Assembly: GCA_044464585.1 (NCBI GenBank)
Contig: JBIQLF010000011.1
Span: forward strand, 1-52,176
Direction: 5' to 3'
From: Thermomicrobia bacterium
GTDB lineage: Bacteria > Chloroflexota > Chloroflexia > Thermomicrobiales > UBA6265
Length of the DNA: 52,176 nt
Shown: in pieces, positions 8,187 through 18,770 of the stretch
Layout of the letters: each line of letters opens with the position of its first letter
Numbering within the stretch: position 1 is the stretch's first letter
Program-made: the position numbers and the translations under genes
Notes under the pieces: generated by a model
Told to the model about the DNA's origin: nothing
The model's database searches: none
Seen by the model: the letters and a program-made list of their open reading frames with translations, nothing else

Positions 8187-9230
8187 GTGGCGGCTGCAAC
8201 GAAGAACGCGGATGCGGTCGAACACGATTCGGCCGCCTGGAATGAGGCGCTGATCTCGCTCGGCGGCAACCTCCTGCAATCGTGGGAGTGGGGCGAATTC
8301 AAACGCGGCCAGGGATGGCAACCGGAACGAATTGCCGCCGGTGGCCCGGTTCCCCGGGCAATGGCGCAGGTTCTCTTTCGCCACAAGGGGCCGGTAAGCA
8401 TCGGATATATCCCTCGCGGTCCGGTAGTCGTTCCGGGCGATCTGGAAGCGAGTCGACTGCTGCTCGACCACATCGATACAGTGGCTCGACGGCATCGGGC
8501 ACTCTATCTGATGATCGAGACAGACGGCGCGGTCGATGGGTTCACCGATCGGCCGTTCGGGGGCCTGACCGCCGGACCGGCCCATCTGCAACCGGGGCGC
8601 ACGGTCAAGGTTCCGCTGCTCGATGATGATGCCCTGCTGGCCGGAATGCACCAGAAGACCCGCTACAGCGTTCGCCTGGCGCCCCGAAAGGGGGTGTCGG
8701 TCGATCGATACACGGGCCGGGACGAGCGAGCCATCGATGAGTTCTACGGAATGCTGGAAGAGACCTCGACCCGCAACCAGTTCGGCATCCACACGCGCGA
8801 CTACTATGCTTCGTTTTTGGAGCATTTTGCGGACCGGGCGGTGTTGTTCATCGCGCGGATCGACGATCATCCCGCCGCTGGATTGATTGCCGCCGTTTTT
8901 GGAACCGACGCGATCTATATGTATGGCGCATCGGATACCAAATACCGTTCGCTGGGGGCGGCGTTCAATCTGCAATTTCAGGCCATGCAATGGGGACGCG
9001 ACCGGGGCGCCGTTCTCTACGATCTGTGGGGGATTCCGGAAACCGATCCACCCAAAGACAACGATCATCTCGCTCGCGTGCCCGCCACCAAGGGCGATGA
9101 CTGGCGCGGACTCTATCGATTCAAGACCGGTTTCGGGGGGGCGATCGTGAGCTATCCGCCTTCGATCCAGCGAACCTATCATGCCCGGCTCGCCAAGCTG
9201 GCCGGTCGCGTGATCGGCCAATCGCAATGA
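8187..9230 (+). CDS. FemAB-family peptidoglycan interpeptide-bridge aminoacyltransferase
   Basis: N-terminal LLQSWEWGEFK motif, ~345 aa length and a two-GNAT-like layout typical of FemX/MurM-type enzymes. GTG start; ATGA overlap with murE. Confidence 0.75.
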   Translation: MAAATKNADAVEHDSAAWNEALISLGGNLLQSWEWGEFKRGQGWQPERIAAGGPVPRAMAQVLFRHKGPVSIGYIPRGPVVVPGDLEASRLLLDHIDTVARRHRALYLMIETDGAVDGFTDRPFGGLTAGPAHLQPGRTVKVPLLDDDALLAGMHQKTRYSVRLAPRKGVSVDRYTGRDERAIDEFYGMLEETSTRNQFGIHTRDYYASFLEHFADRAVLFIARIDDHPAAGLIAAVFGTDAIYMYGASDTKYRSLGAAFNLQFQAMQWGRDRGAVLYDLWGIPETDPPKDNDHLARVPATKGDDWRGLYRFKTGFGGAIVSYPPSIQRTYHARLAKLAGRVIGQSQ

Positions 9231-10729
9231 ACCGCCCGCTGGCCGATCTTGCCGCCGCGCTGCCGGACGCGACGCTCCTGGGCGACGGGGGCGGCATGGT
9301 CACCGACATTCAGTACGATTCCCGGCTGGTCACGCCAGGTTGTCTCTTTGCTGCGCTGCGTGGCGGGTATGTCGATGGGCACGACTACATCCCAAATGCG
9401 ATCGAGCGGGGCGCGTCAGCGCTCCTCGTGGATCGTGACGGGGGGTATTCCGTACCGGCGCTACGGGTGCCGGACACCAGAACCGCGCTTTCCCCAGTTT
9501 CCGCCGAATTCTTCGGTCATCCCTCGCGGCAGCTCGGCGTGATCGGGATCACAGGGACCGATGGCAAGACCACGACCAGTTATCTGACCGAGTCGATCCT
9601 GGCCCATGCCGGCTATCGGACCGGGCTCATCGGAACGATCTCGGTCAAGATCGCCGACCGCATCGTTCAGCACGAAACCCGCCAGACGACTCCCGAATCC
9701 TTGGAGATTCAGCGGCTTCTACGGCAGATGGCGGACGAGCACGTCCAATGGGCCACATTGGAAGCGACCTCGCACGGGCTCGCGCAACACCGGCTCGACG
9801 ATGTCGCATTCGACATCGCGGCCGTGACCAACATCACGCACGAGCATCTGGAATTCCACAAGACGATCGAGGCGTATCGCGCGGCCAAGGCGAGCTTGTT
9901 CGATCGCGTCTCGGCTGCTGGCGGCAAAGCCGTCGTCAATCTCGATGACGACGGGGCGCGTGGCGTCATCCCACACGCGCGGGGCGCCGAGATCACGACC
10001 TACAGCACGCTGGATCCCAGCGCCGATCTCTGGGCTTCCGATATTCGAATCGGGGTCGAGGGAAGCGCCTTCGGATTGCACTATCGCGGCAAGATGCTGC
10101 CGCTGGAAAGCCCATTGCTGGGCGGCTTCAATGTCGAAAATGCGCTCTGTTCGATCGGCATCGCCCTTGCGGCCGGTATCGAGTTGGACACGATTGCCGC
10201 AGGGCTCCGGAACGCTCCGCCGATTCCCGGTCGGATGCAACGGGTCGACGAAGGACAACCGTTTTCCGTCATCGTGGACTACGCCCACACGCCAGACTCA
10301 CTGACGAAGTTGCTCACGCTCCTGCGTCAGCTCAGTCCCAGAAGCCGAATCATCGCGGTCAGCGGCAGCGCAGGCGAACGGGATGTTTCGAAACGCGCAC
10401 TCCAGGGAGGCGCTTCCGCGCGGCTGGCCAACTTCAGCATCTTCACGACCGAGGACCCCCGGTTCGAGGATGCAGCCGCGATCATCGCTCAGATCGCCGA
10501 AGGAGCCGCGGCCTCCGGGGCTCGCCCCGATGAGGATTTCCTCTGCATCACCGACCGGACCGAAGCGATCGCGGCCGCCATCGACCGGGCCAGGGACGGC
10601 GATATCGTCGTGCTCGCGGGGAAGGGCCACGAGCACTCGATCATCTGGGGCAGCGAAAAAGTGCCATGGGATGAACCGGAGGTGGCGCGCAATCTCCTGC
10701 GCGCCGCCGGTTATTCCCGGGACGCTTGA
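9227..10729 (+). CDS. murE: UDP-N-acetylmuramoyl-L-alanyl-D-glutamate--diamino acid ligase
   Basis: GITGTDGKTTT P-loop and DYAHTPDSL. The substrate-selectivity position reads TEDPR rather than DNPR. Confidence 0.92.
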   Translation: MNRPLADLAAALPDATLLGDGGGMVTDIQYDSRLVTPGCLFAALRGGYVDGHDYIPNAIERGASALLVDRDGGYSVPALRVPDTRTALSPVSAEFFGHPSRQLGVIGITGTDGKTTTSYLTESILAHAGYRTGLIGTISVKIADRIVQHETRQTTPESLEIQRLLRQMADEHVQWATLEATSHGLAQHRLDDVAFDIAAVTNITHEHLEFHKTIEAYRAAKASLFDRVSAAGGKAVVNLDDDGARGVIPHARGAEITTYSTLDPSADLWASDIRIGVEGSAFGLHYRGKMLPLESPLLGGFNVENALCSIGIALAAGIELDTIAAGLRNAPPIPGRMQRVDEGQPFSVIVDYAHTPDSLTKLLTLLRQLSPRSRIIAVSGSAGERDVSKRALQGGASARLANFSIFTTEDPRFEDAAAIIAQIAEGAAASGARPDEDFLCITDRTEAIAAAIDRARDGDIVVLAGKGHEHSIIWGSEKVPWDEPEVARNLLRAAGYSRDA

Positions 10730-12534
10730 TCCTCGCTCGATGCCCTCGGACGAAGCGCTAGCCCGACATCGACCAGCTGTTGTTCTTCGATGGGGGATGG
10801 GGCGTCGAACATGAGATCGACCCCGCGCTGATTCTTCGGAAACGCCATCACTTCGCGAATGTTGGATTCGTCCGCGGCGAACATCACCCAGCGGTCGATT
10901 CCCATGGCGATTCCGCCGTGCGGGGGCGCGCCGTATTCGAGCGCATCCAGAATCGCGCCAAAGCGCTCCTGCTGGGCTTCCGCCGAGTGTCCCATCATCG
11001 AGAAGATGAACGACTGATCGGCCCGGGTATGCATGCGAACCGAGCCGCCACCGATTTCGTATCCATTCAAGGTCAGATCGTATTGCTTGGCCCGTACGGC
11101 GCCGGGATCGGATTGCAGGAGCGGGCGGTCCTCTTCGAGAAATCCGGAGAAGGGATTATGCGTCGCGTCCCAGCGTTGCCCTTCTTCGTCCCATTCCAGC
11201 AACGGGAATTCATAGATCCAGAGATAATGGAATTCGTTCGGGTCCGCCAACTCGAGTACGGCGCCGAAGTGACCGCGCAGCGCGGACAACGCCTTGGAGA
11301 CAACGGCCAAGCTGTCGGCCACGATGAGCACCAGGTCGCCCTCGGCGGCGTCCACGTCGCTGGTCACGGCCGCCAGCTCGGCCTCGGAAAGGAATTTCGC
11401 GACTGGTGATTTCACCTCGCCATCGCGCAGCGCAAAGGTGGCCAATCCTTTCGCTCCGTTGGCTTTGGCGATCTCGGTCAGCTCGTCGATCTGGCCACGG
11501 GAATACCCGGCGCATCCGGGTACGACGATCGCCTTGATCACGCCGCCGTTTTCGATGACGCCGGCAAACGCCTTGAAGCCGGTTCCGCGCAGGGCATCGG
11601 TGACATTGTGGAATTCGAGACCGAACCGCAGATCGGGGCGGTCGCTGCCGAAGCGATCCATGGCCTCGTGGTAGGTCATCCGGGTGAACGGGCGGCTCGA
11701 CATATGTTTGTCGGTGAACTGCTCGGTCAGCTCGATGAAGAGCTGCTCCATCAGATTCATGACATCGTCCTGATGCACGAACGACATCTCGAGATCGAGC
11801 TGGGTGAATTCCGGTTGTCGGTCGGCTCGCTGGGCTTCGTCACGGAAGCACCGGGCGATCTGGAAATACCGATCGAGTCCCGAAACCATCAACAACTGCT
11901 TCAGCTGCTGGGGCGATTGCGGGAGGGCATAGAACTCGCCCGGAAACCCGCTGGACGGCACGATGAAGTCGCGGGCGCCCTCGGGCGTGCTCCGGATCAG
12001 CAACGGGGTTTCCACCTCGACGAAGCCGCGGGCGTCCAGAAAGTCGCGGATGTATTTGACGATCTGATGGCGCAGGATGATGTTGCGCTGCATCCGCTCG
12101 CGGCGGAGATCGAGATAGCGATATTTCAACCGGAGCGATTCATCGACCTCCCCCTCTTCGTTGATATAGAAGGGCGGATTGAGTGAGGAATTCAGCACGG
12201 TGACGTCGTGCACTTCGATTTCGATATCGCCCGTCGCGAGTCTCGGATTCCTGGTGCCATCCGGCCGTTCGCGCACGAATCCCCGAACTTCAAGCACGTA
12301 TTCGTTGCGCACATCGCTGGCCGCCGCATGCGCGGCCGGGGCGATCTCGGGATTGAATACGATCTGGGTCAGTCCATAGCGGTCGCGCAGGTCGATGAAG
12401 ATCAATCCACCCAGATCGCGGCGGCGATTGACCCAGCCGCGCAAGATGATCTCTTCGCCCGCATTGGCGGCGCGCAGCGTGCCACAGGTCAGTTTTCCGG
12501 TTACGGCTGGATCGACATCACGAAAGGTGGACAC
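10711..12534 (-). CDS. aspS: aspartate--tRNA ligase
   Basis: FIDLRDRYG, class II motifs (FRDE ... GGGSVRMH) and a 607-aa bacterial-type insertion domain. GTG start behind AAGGGA. Confidence 0.95.
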   Translation of the reverse strand: MSTFRDVDPAVTGKLTCGTLRAANAGEEIILRGWVNRRRDLGGLIFIDLRDRYGLTQIVFNPEIAPAAHAAASDVRNEYVLEVRGFVRERPDGTRNPRLATGDIEIEVHDVTVLNSSLNPPFYINEEGEVDESLRLKYRYLDLRRERMQRNIILRHQIVKYIRDFLDARGFVEVETPLLIRSTPEGARDFIVPSSGFPGEFYALPQSPQQLKQLLMVSGLDRYFQIARCFRDEAQRADRQPEFTQLDLEMSFVHQDDVMNLMEQLFIELTEQFTDKHMSSRPFTRMTYHEAMDRFGSDRPDLRFGLEFHNVTDALRGTGFKAFAGVIENGGVIKAIVVPGCAGYSRGQIDELTEIAKANGAKGLATFALRDGEVKSPVAKFLSEAELAAVTSDVDAAEGDLVLIVADSLAVVSKALSALRGHFGAVLELADPNEFHYLWIYEFPLLEWDEEGQRWDATHNPFSGFLEEDRPLLQSDPGAVRAKQYDLTLNGYEIGGGSVRMHTRADQSFIFSMMGHSAEAQQERFGAILDALEYGAPPHGGIAMGIDRWVMFAADESNIREVMAFPKNQRGVDLMFDAPSPIEEQQLVDVGLALRPRASSEDQASRE

Positions 12535-12569
12535 GCATTTCCCTTCTCTTCAGATCATCGGTTGCGGAT

Positions 12570-13415
12570 TCAGATTGTGCGATATTTTCGATCGAGGGCC
12601 GCCTGCAATTCCGCTTCCGGATCGCGACCGGCAACGAGCAGCATTTCGATCAATTCCAGAAGCTCATCGCCATTGGCCGGCAATGCGTCCGTGCGCTCAC
12701 CGGCCGGGGCATCTTCGAGCATCGTCGCGGCCTTCGCGATCGCCGGCATGGATTTCGGAAGACGATCGTATGTCCCCCGGGGTTTGGCGTTTTCCCCACG
12801 TTCTTCACGTTTCACGCGCTGCCATGTCTGCAAAACCGCTTCCGGCGTGCTGGCCGCATCATCTCCGAAGACGTGCGGGTGCCGCCGGATCAGCTTTCGG
12901 TTGACGGTCTCGTAAACATCCTCGATCGTGAAATCGCCCCGCTCCTCCGCGATTTGGGCCAGCATGGCAACGAGCAGCAGCAGATCACCGAGCTCGCCCA
13001 CCAGCTCGGCGGGGTCATCCTCGTGGATCGCATCGATGACCTCATATGCTTCTTCGGCGACCTTGGTCGCGAGCGTCGCCCAGTTCTGGTCGCGATCCCA
13101 GGGGCACCCGATCGGCGATCGGAGATAGCCAACGATTTCGTGCAGGCGCTGGGCGCTGCGCCAGTTCTCCCCCTCCGGTAGAGCGGCAACCTCCAGCTCC
13201 AGCGAGCTGTCCGCGCTCATCCGCGCGGTAACCTGTTCGTATGCGCCATACACGCGCTCGAGCACGGTCATGACCGCGGGAATCTCCGATTCCTGCAGGC
13301 CGGTGACGCGCGTCCGGCGGTCCGGCGCGATATCGAGCATCGGCCCGCCGAACGGGGCCTCCCGGATTCGTTGCAGCAATTCGGCTGCCAGAATGGTCTG
13401 TTCCGATTCGGTCAC
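12570..13415 (-). CDS. mazG: nucleoside triphosphate pyrophosphohydrolase MazG
   Basis: CPWDRDQNW and EEAYEVIDAI / ELGDLLL motifs; tandem MazG domains. Confidence 0.85.
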   Translation of the reverse strand: MTESEQTILAAELLQRIREAPFGGPMLDIAPDRRTRVTGLQESEIPAVMTVLERVYGAYEQVTARMSADSSLELEVAALPEGENWRSAQRLHEIVGYLRSPIGCPWDRDQNWATLATKVAEEAYEVIDAIHEDDPAELVGELGDLLLLVAMLAQIAEERGDFTIEDVYETVNRKLIRRHPHVFGDDAASTPEAVLQTWQRVKREERGENAKPRGTYDRLPKSMPAIAKAATMLEDAPAGERTDALPANGDELLELIEMLLVAGRDPEAELQAALDRKYRTI

Positions 13416-13421
13416 GATCGT

Positions 13422-15290
13422 TCAGCTCTTGGTGTTCTGAGTGGAATCGTTGAGGCTCAGCACAGCCATGAAGGCTTCCTGGGGGATTTCGACGCTTCCC
13501 ACCATCTTCATGCGGGCTTTGCCCTCTTTTTGCTTTTCGAGCAGTTTGCGCTTGCGGGTGATGTCACCGCCATAGCATTTGGCAAGCACATTCTTGCGGA
13601 TGGCTTTGATCGTTTCCCGCGCGACGATACGACTTCCGATCGAGGCCTGGACGGGGACATCGAACATCTGGCGCGGTATCAATCGCCGCAGTGCCTGCAC
13701 CAGTTCTCGCCCGCGTGGATAGGCATCATCCCGATGGCTGATGATGGACAACGCATCGACTGCCACACCATTGACGAGCACATCGAGTTTGACCAGATCC
13801 GCGGGCCGCAACGCGTCGAAGGTGTAATCGAGCGACGCGTATCCCTGCGTTTTGCTCTTGAGCTGATCGTAGAAATCGACGATCACCTCCGCCAGCGGCA
13901 TCTTGAAATTCAACTGCACGCGGTCTTCGTCCAGGTAGGTCATTTCCTCGAACGTGCCGCGCCGGGTCGTCACGAGCTCCATCACATTGCCGATATAGCG
14001 CGACGGTACGATAACCGTCAGGTTCATCCAGGGTTCGCGAATCTCGTCGATCGAACCAGGATCGGGAAGATCGGACGGGTTATCGATCACTTTGATCTCG
14101 CCGCTGCGCATCTGAACTTCGTATTCGACGCTCGGGGCCGTCGTCAGGAGATCGAGCTTGTACTCCCGCTCCAGCCGCTCCTGGATGATCTCCATATGGA
14201 GCAGGCCAAGAAAACCAGCGCGAAAACCGAACCCGAGGGCGGCCGACGATTCCGGCTCGTACACCAGCGACGCATCGTTCAGGCTCAGCCGGTCGAGGGC
14301 ATCCCGGAGCATCGGGTATTCCTCTCCCTCGACGGGATAGAGTCCGGCGAAGACCATCGGTTTGGCCGGCCGATACCCCGGAACTGGTTCCCGCGCTGGA
14401 GCGGAGGCGCAGGTGACCGTGTCGCCAACCTGAAGGTCCTTGACGACTTTCAGACCGGTGGCGATATATCCGACCTCGCCACAGGACAACCGGTCGACCG
14501 GGGTCATCATCGGGGAGAAATAGCCGAGCTCGAGAACTTCCGATTCCTTGCTCGTCGCCATCAACCGGATACGGTCGTCGCGCCCGATCGATCCGTCGAT
14601 CATCTTCACATAGGCGATGACACCCTTGTAGGCATCGTAATGGGAGTCGAAAATGAGACCGCGCGCGGGCGCTTCGGGATTCCCGGCTGGCGCTGGCATA
14701 TGGGTCACGACGGCTTCGAGCACATCGCGGATGCCGATGCCGGTTTTGGCCGATGCCTGCACCACTTCCTCGTCCAGCAGGCCGATGACACTCTCGACCT
14801 CCCGGCGAACCGCGTCCGGGTTGGCACCGGGCAGATCGATCTTGTTGATCACGGCGACGATGGAAAGATTCTGTTCCAGCGCCAGGTAGACATTCGCCAG
14901 GGTCTGCGCTTCGATACCCTGACTCGCATCGACGACCAGCAACGCACCTTCGCAGGCCGCCAGCGACCGGCTCACCTCGTAGGAAAAATCGACATGCCCG
15001 GGCGTATCGATCAGGTTGAGCTGATAGGTGAGACCGTCGTCCGCGGTGTATTGCATGCGCACCGCGCGGGCTTTGATGGTGATGCCCTTCTCGCGCTCGA
15101 GATCCATCGAGTCGAGGACTTGCTGCACCATCTGGCGCGATTCGACCGTGCCGGTGTATTCGAGCAGGCGATCGGCCAGGGTGGATTTCCCATGATCGAT
15201 ATGCGCAATGATGCTGAAATTCCGGATCCGCTCCAGCGGAACCCGGGCAGCGCGAGACGTCCCAACCAGGAGCGAGGCATCGACCGACAT
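13422..15290 (-). CDS. lepA: translation elongation factor 4
   Basis: [28 protein letters not shown] and NKIDL. Start moved to Met 15290 (MSVDAS...) because the upstream 41 codons of the track ORF are not LepA-like. Confidence 0.93.
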   Translation of the reverse strand: MSVDASLLVGTSRAARVPLERIRNFSIIAHIDHGKSTLADRLLEYTGTVESRQMVQQVLDSMDLEREKGITIKARAVRMQYTADDGLTYQLNLIDTPGHVDFSYEVSRSLAACEGALLVVDASQGIEAQTLANVYLALEQNLSIVAVINKIDLPGANPDAVRREVESVIGLLDEEVVQASAKTGIGIRDVLEAVVTHMPAPAGNPEAPARGLIFDSHYDAYKGVIAYVKMIDGSIGRDDRIRLMATSKESEVLELGYFSPMMTPVDRLSCGEVGYIATGLKVVKDLQVGDTVTCASAPAREPVPGYRPAKPMVFAGLYPVEGEEYPMLRDALDRLSLNDASLVYEPESSAALGFGFRAGFLGLLHMEIIQERLEREYKLDLLTTAPSVEYEVQMRSGEIKVIDNPSDLPDPGSIDEIREPWMNLTVIVPSRYIGNVMELVTTRRGTFEEMTYLDEDRVQLNFKMPLAEVIVDFYDQLKSKTQGYASLDYTFDALRPADLVKLDVLVNGVAVDALSIISHRDDAYPRGRELVQALRRLIPRQMFDVPVQASIGSRIVARETIKAIRKNVLAKCYGGDITRKRKLLEKQKEGKARMKMVGSVEIPQEAFMAVLSLNDSTQNTKS

Positions 15291-15331
15291 GGCGCTGATT
15301 ATAGTCGACCCGTGCATACGGTCATATGATT

Positions 15332-17011
15332 TCACCCAATTCGTACTGCGCGGCGCACACGGCCGCGCACGCGATCCATTCCATTCCGCGCTTCCGGAAC
15401 TCGCAGCAGCCACGCCGCCAGAAAATAGGCGACCGCGCAGGCCCCGGTTGCGATGCCGAGCATAAAGAGCTGCACCGCCCGGTTCGGACCGCCCTCGGCC
15501 GTCACCTGATCGAGTTTCGGCGCAACAAGCTCCGCGACCAATGCCATGACCGCGGTGGCCAATACGATCTTCGACAGCCAGACACCGAAATCGACATCGA
15601 AGCCGCCGATCCTGCGGCGGAGGATGATCACCAGAATCAACGCTTCGACGAACGTGCTCATGCTCAGGGCAAGCGCCAACCCGACATGCCCCATGGAACC
15701 GAGCAGCGCCTTGCTGAGCGCGATATTCAGCACGATGATGAACACGCCGGCCGCCACCGGTGTCACGGTGTCCTTCATGGCATAGAAGGTCCGCGCCAAC
15801 ACTTCGACCAAACCGTACCAGACCAGACCCAGTGCCAAAAATGCCAGCGGTTCCGATGCCAGAATCGTCGATTTCGCAGTGAAGTTGCCACTCTGGAAAA
15901 TCGTCTGGAAGAGCGCGGTTCTGAATTCGAAGAGTCCGATCGATGCCGGTACGAGCAAGAAGAGCAGGGGATAGAGTCCGCGCTGCAAGGTGGTGCGAAA
16001 GGAGCCGATATCGCCCAGCTCGAATTGCGCGGCCAGTGTCGGGAAGACGACGGTCGAGATACTCAACGCGAGCACGCCGTTTGGCAACATCAACATCTGC
16101 CAGGCGTAATTGAGCCCCGAAACGCTGCCTTCGCCCGTCTGCGAGGCAAAGTGGTTCACCGCCACGAAGTTGATCTGGAATGCCGCCTGGCCGATCACCC
16201 GGGGCAGCAGCAGGATCCCGACCTCTGACAACCCCAGGACGCTGGTCGACAAGGTCGGGCGAAATCGCAACCCAGTCCGAACGATACCGGGAATCTGGAT
16301 TCCGACATGGAGCGCGGCGCCGATCAACACGCCAATGGTCACTCCGCGAATGCCGTAGGAGGGCGCCAGAAAGATCGCCGCCAGGACGATCGCGAGGTTG
16401 TAGACGACCGGCGCAAGAGCGGGCAGGGTGAAACGTAAATGCGTTTCGAGAATGCCCTTGGCGGCGATGCCCATACCCAGCAGGAGGGGCGAGAGCAATA
16501 GCATCCGCATCGTCTGAATACCCAGGTTCATCGCACTGGGCGGCAGATCCGGCGCGACGATATAGCGCATCAAGGGACTCGCGAAGACAAATGTGATCGA
16601 CCCGAGAACGACCGTAATCAGCGCCGTCCAGGTGATGACCGCCGATGCGAGCCGGTCAGCGTTTTCTTTTTCGTTCCGGGCGAGAAAGCCGCCGAAAACC
16701 GGAATGAATGCGGCTCCGAACGAGCCGGACATGATGACGAGAAAGAGCAGATCGGGAATGCGAAACGCGCTGACATAGGCATCGTAGTCGCTCGACGTTC
16801 CAAAACGGTTGGCGAGAACGATTTCGCGAAGCAGCCCGAGGATACGGCTGGCCATGAAGGCAATGCCGATGATGACCGCACTGCGCGCCATCGATGCCGC
16901 TGGCGGCGGGCTCGCCTCGCCGGGCGCGTAGATGTCGCCTTCATCGACCGAGAATTCGTCGACCGGCTCCTCGATCCATCGCGCCGGCCGCGCGTTGCTA
17001 CGGGCACCCAC
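15332..17011 (-). CDS. murJ: lipid II flippase MurJ
   Basis: 559 aa and polytopic, with the N-terminal signature [33 protein letters not shown] start. Confidence 0.9.
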   Translation of the reverse strand: MGARSNARPARWIEEPVDEFSVDEGDIYAPGEASPPPAASMARSAVIIGIAFMASRILGLLREIVLANRFGTSSDYDAYVSAFRIPDLLFLVIMSGSFGAAFIPVFGGFLARNEKENADRLASAVITWTALITVVLGSITFVFASPLMRYIVAPDLPPSAMNLGIQTMRMLLLSPLLLGMGIAAKGILETHLRFTLPALAPVVYNLAIVLAAIFLAPSYGIRGVTIGVLIGAALHVGIQIPGIVRTGLRFRPTLSTSVLGLSEVGILLLPRVIGQAAFQINFVAVNHFASQTGEGSVSGLNYAWQMLMLPNGVLALSISTVVFPTLAAQFELGDIGSFRTTLQRGLYPLLFLLVPASIGLFEFRTALFQTIFQSGNFTAKSTILASEPLAFLALGLVWYGLVEVLARTFYAMKDTVTPVAAGVFIIVLNIALSKALLGSMGHVGLALALSMSTFVEALILVIILRRRIGGFDVDFGVWLSKIVLATAVMALVAELVAPKLDQVTAEGGPNRAVQLFMLGIATGACAVAYFLAAWLLRVPEARNGMDRVRGRVRRAVRIG

Positions 17012-17015
17012 AGTT

Positions 17016-17024
17016 TGTTAGAAT
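17016..17024 (+). promoter_or_regulatory. extended -10 promoter candidate for rpsT
   Basis: TGTTAGAAT (TGn + TAGAAT) about 90 nt upstream of the rpsT TTG start. Confidence 0.35.
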
Positions 17025-17117
17025 TGCCCGTCTGCGACGCGATGAGCGGGCGCAGCTTCGTGGTGTCGAAATGCTGCGAAGTTCATGGTTACCTGACTCA
17101 ATAGAGGTGAATCGAGA

Positions 17118-17387
17118 TTGGCGAACAACAAGTCGGCTGAAAAGCGTATCAGGGTTGCCGAGCAAAAGCGACTTCGCAATCGTCCTTATCGTACCGAGGC
17201 TCGCACCTATGTGAAGAAGGCCGAGCTTGCGATCCGCCAGGGCGATGCCGAGGTTGCCGCCGGTGCGGTTGGCGATGCCATCAGCACGCTGGATCATGTC
17301 GCCAGCCGCGGCGTCATCCATCGGAACAATGCGGCGCGGCGCAAGTCCCGCCTCATGAAGAAATACAACGCGCTCGTCGCGAGCTAG
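17118..17387 (+). CDS. rpsT: 30S ribosomal protein S20
   Basis: ANNKSAEKRIRVAEQKRLRNRPYR; TTG start behind GAGGTGA. Confidence 0.92.
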   Translation: MANNKSAEKRIRVAEQKRLRNRPYRTEARTYVKKAELAIRQGDAEVAAGAVGDAISTLDHVASRGVIHRNNAARRKSRLMKKYNALVAS

Positions 17388-17401
17388 CATTGCGCCATCG
17401 T

Positions 17402-17445
17402 CCCGGTTCCCGTCCGCTTCGCGCGCGAAGCGGACGGGAACCGGG
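17402..17445. repeat. perfect 44-nt palindrome (22-bp arms) between convergent rpsT and holA
   Basis: CCCGGTTCCCGTCCGCTTCGCG / CGCGAAGCGGACGGGAACCGGG with no mismatch. Likely a bidirectional terminator hairpin. Confidence 0.7.
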
Positions 17446-17470
17446 AATCCGCAGCCCATTCCGAACGAAC

Positions 17471-17503
17471 AACCGGTAGCACCTTGGCTACCGGTTTTCT
17501 CTT
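17471..17503 (+). terminator. intrinsic terminator of rpsT overlapping the holA stop codon
   Basis: Stem AACCGGTAGC (17471-17480) / GCTACCGGTT (17487-17496) followed by a TTTTCTCTT run. Confidence 0.6.
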
Positions 17504-18510
17504 GGGGTCGTAACCCGTACCACAAGATCGACCAGCGCCTCCTCGGGATTCCGCAAGCGTCCGGATTTGATTCGCCGGTCGTTTTCCAACGCCATCCGCA
17601 GTTGGTACGCCGGGCGAATTCTTGCGCGTTGCGCCGCCTCGGTCACTTTGGTCATACGGTAGGCATTCGAGATTCCCAGCGCGCGCGCCGCCTGCAGTGC
17701 ATCCGGCGGCCGCCCACCCGCCACCGCGCCAACCGAAAGCTCGATCTGTTGATAGACCTGATTGAGTGTGCGACTGGCCTCGTCTCCGGCCCGAAAGGCA
17801 TTTTCGATTTCGTTCAAAGCGCCGCGTTGATTTCCGCCGACGACCGCATCGAGCAGGGGAAAGATCCGCTCCTCGCTGCGTTTCGGCACGAGATCGTCGA
17901 CCAGCTCGGCGGTGATGGCGTTTGGATAGGCGGCGAGCGCCAGCTTGCCCAGCTCCGAGGTCAGCTGCTCGATCGACGGTGGTTTGTCATAGGCGCGATT
18001 CTGGGGTGCCTGCGGCCAATAACCAGGAAAGAGGCGGTCCAGCAGCATCTGGGCGGTACGCCGGTCGATCTTCACCCCCTGGTCCGTCGCTATCCGCACC
18101 ACCAGCTCCAGGAGCGCTGGGCCGCGTGGCGCTTCATTGATGGCGACGTGTGCGTCGCCGGGGAGCTGCTTTCGAAGCGTGGCACTCAGCTCACCGAGAT
18201 CGGGGTCGAACAGCACGAGGGTGGTCGTCTCGGGAATCGAAGCGGTCAGCCGTCTGAGATCGCTTTCCGATCTTCCCTTGCCGCTCCGCCCTCCTTTTCC
18301 CTGCGATTGCGTCAGGAGACCGTTCAGCACGATGATGCGTTGCGAACCGAAGAAAGGGACAGCGGTGACCGCGGCAAGCATGGCATCGAATGAGGTCGAT
18401 GCCGCATCGATACGATCGGTATCGAACCCCGCCGGATCGACGCTGCTGAGCACGCGATCGAGCGCGTTCCTCGCCAGGGCTCGATCCGATCCGAGAATGA
18501 CATGGAGCAC
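17488..18510 (-). CDS. holA: DNA polymerase III delta subunit
   Basis: 340 aa. The N-terminal pattern (ILGSD..L....L..V ... PFFGSQRIIVL) and overall helical C-terminus are typical of HolA. Assignment rests on family resemblance only. Confidence 0.65.
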   Translation of the reverse strand: MLHVILGSDRALARNALDRVLSSVDPAGFDTDRIDAASTSFDAMLAAVTAVPFFGSQRIIVLNGLLTQSQGKGGRSGKGRSESDLRRLTASIPETTTLVLFDPDLGELSATLRKQLPGDAHVAINEAPRGPALLELVVRIATDQGVKIDRRTAQMLLDRLFPGYWPQAPQNRAYDKPPSIEQLTSELGKLALAAYPNAITAELVDDLVPKRSEERIFPLLDAVVGGNQRGALNEIENAFRAGDEASRTLNQVYQQIELSVGAVAGGRPPDALQAARALGISNAYRMTKVTEAAQRARIRPAYQLRMALENDRRIKSGRLRNPEEALVDLVVRVTTPRENR

Positions 18511-18715
18511 GTGGTGATCTCCTGGGAAGTAATTGCCGGCCCCGCAATGCCGTGTGTGACGGAGTCCTGAACCTGCCTGAGCAGGTGGGAACCGCTCGTG
18601 GCAGTTCCCGACTCTTGTGATTTATCGGCTCACGACCACGCCACGATGCACGCACACCGCAGGGTCGACGATCCAAGAGCGTACACCACCGGGCGCTCGT
18701 CTGGCTGCATCGGAA

Positions 18716-18724
18716 TGCGATACT
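18716..18724 (+). promoter_or_regulatory. extended -10 promoter candidate for fabF
   Basis: TGCGATACT within AATGCGATACTTC, 47 nt upstream of the ATG (RBS AGGAG). Confidence 0.4.
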
Positions 18725-18770
18725 TCTCGACTGCGAATCGGCGCGAGCCGGTCGAAACAGGAGTGCATAT

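Noticed and set aside
5686-8473. Long minus-strand ORFs 5686-7083 (465 aa), 7418-8473 (351 aa) and 7444-8199 (251 aa).
   Set aside because: They are antisense to the 567-aa, HEAT and Fem genes and are Arg/Ser-rich and repetitive. The plus-strand products contain real repeat and family signatures.
13371-15329. 652-aa plus-strand ORF covering the whole lepA locus.
   Set aside because: It is antisense to an unmistakable LepA. Its translation is Arg/Gly/His-rich with no motifs. This is a typical shadow ORF of a high-GC genome.
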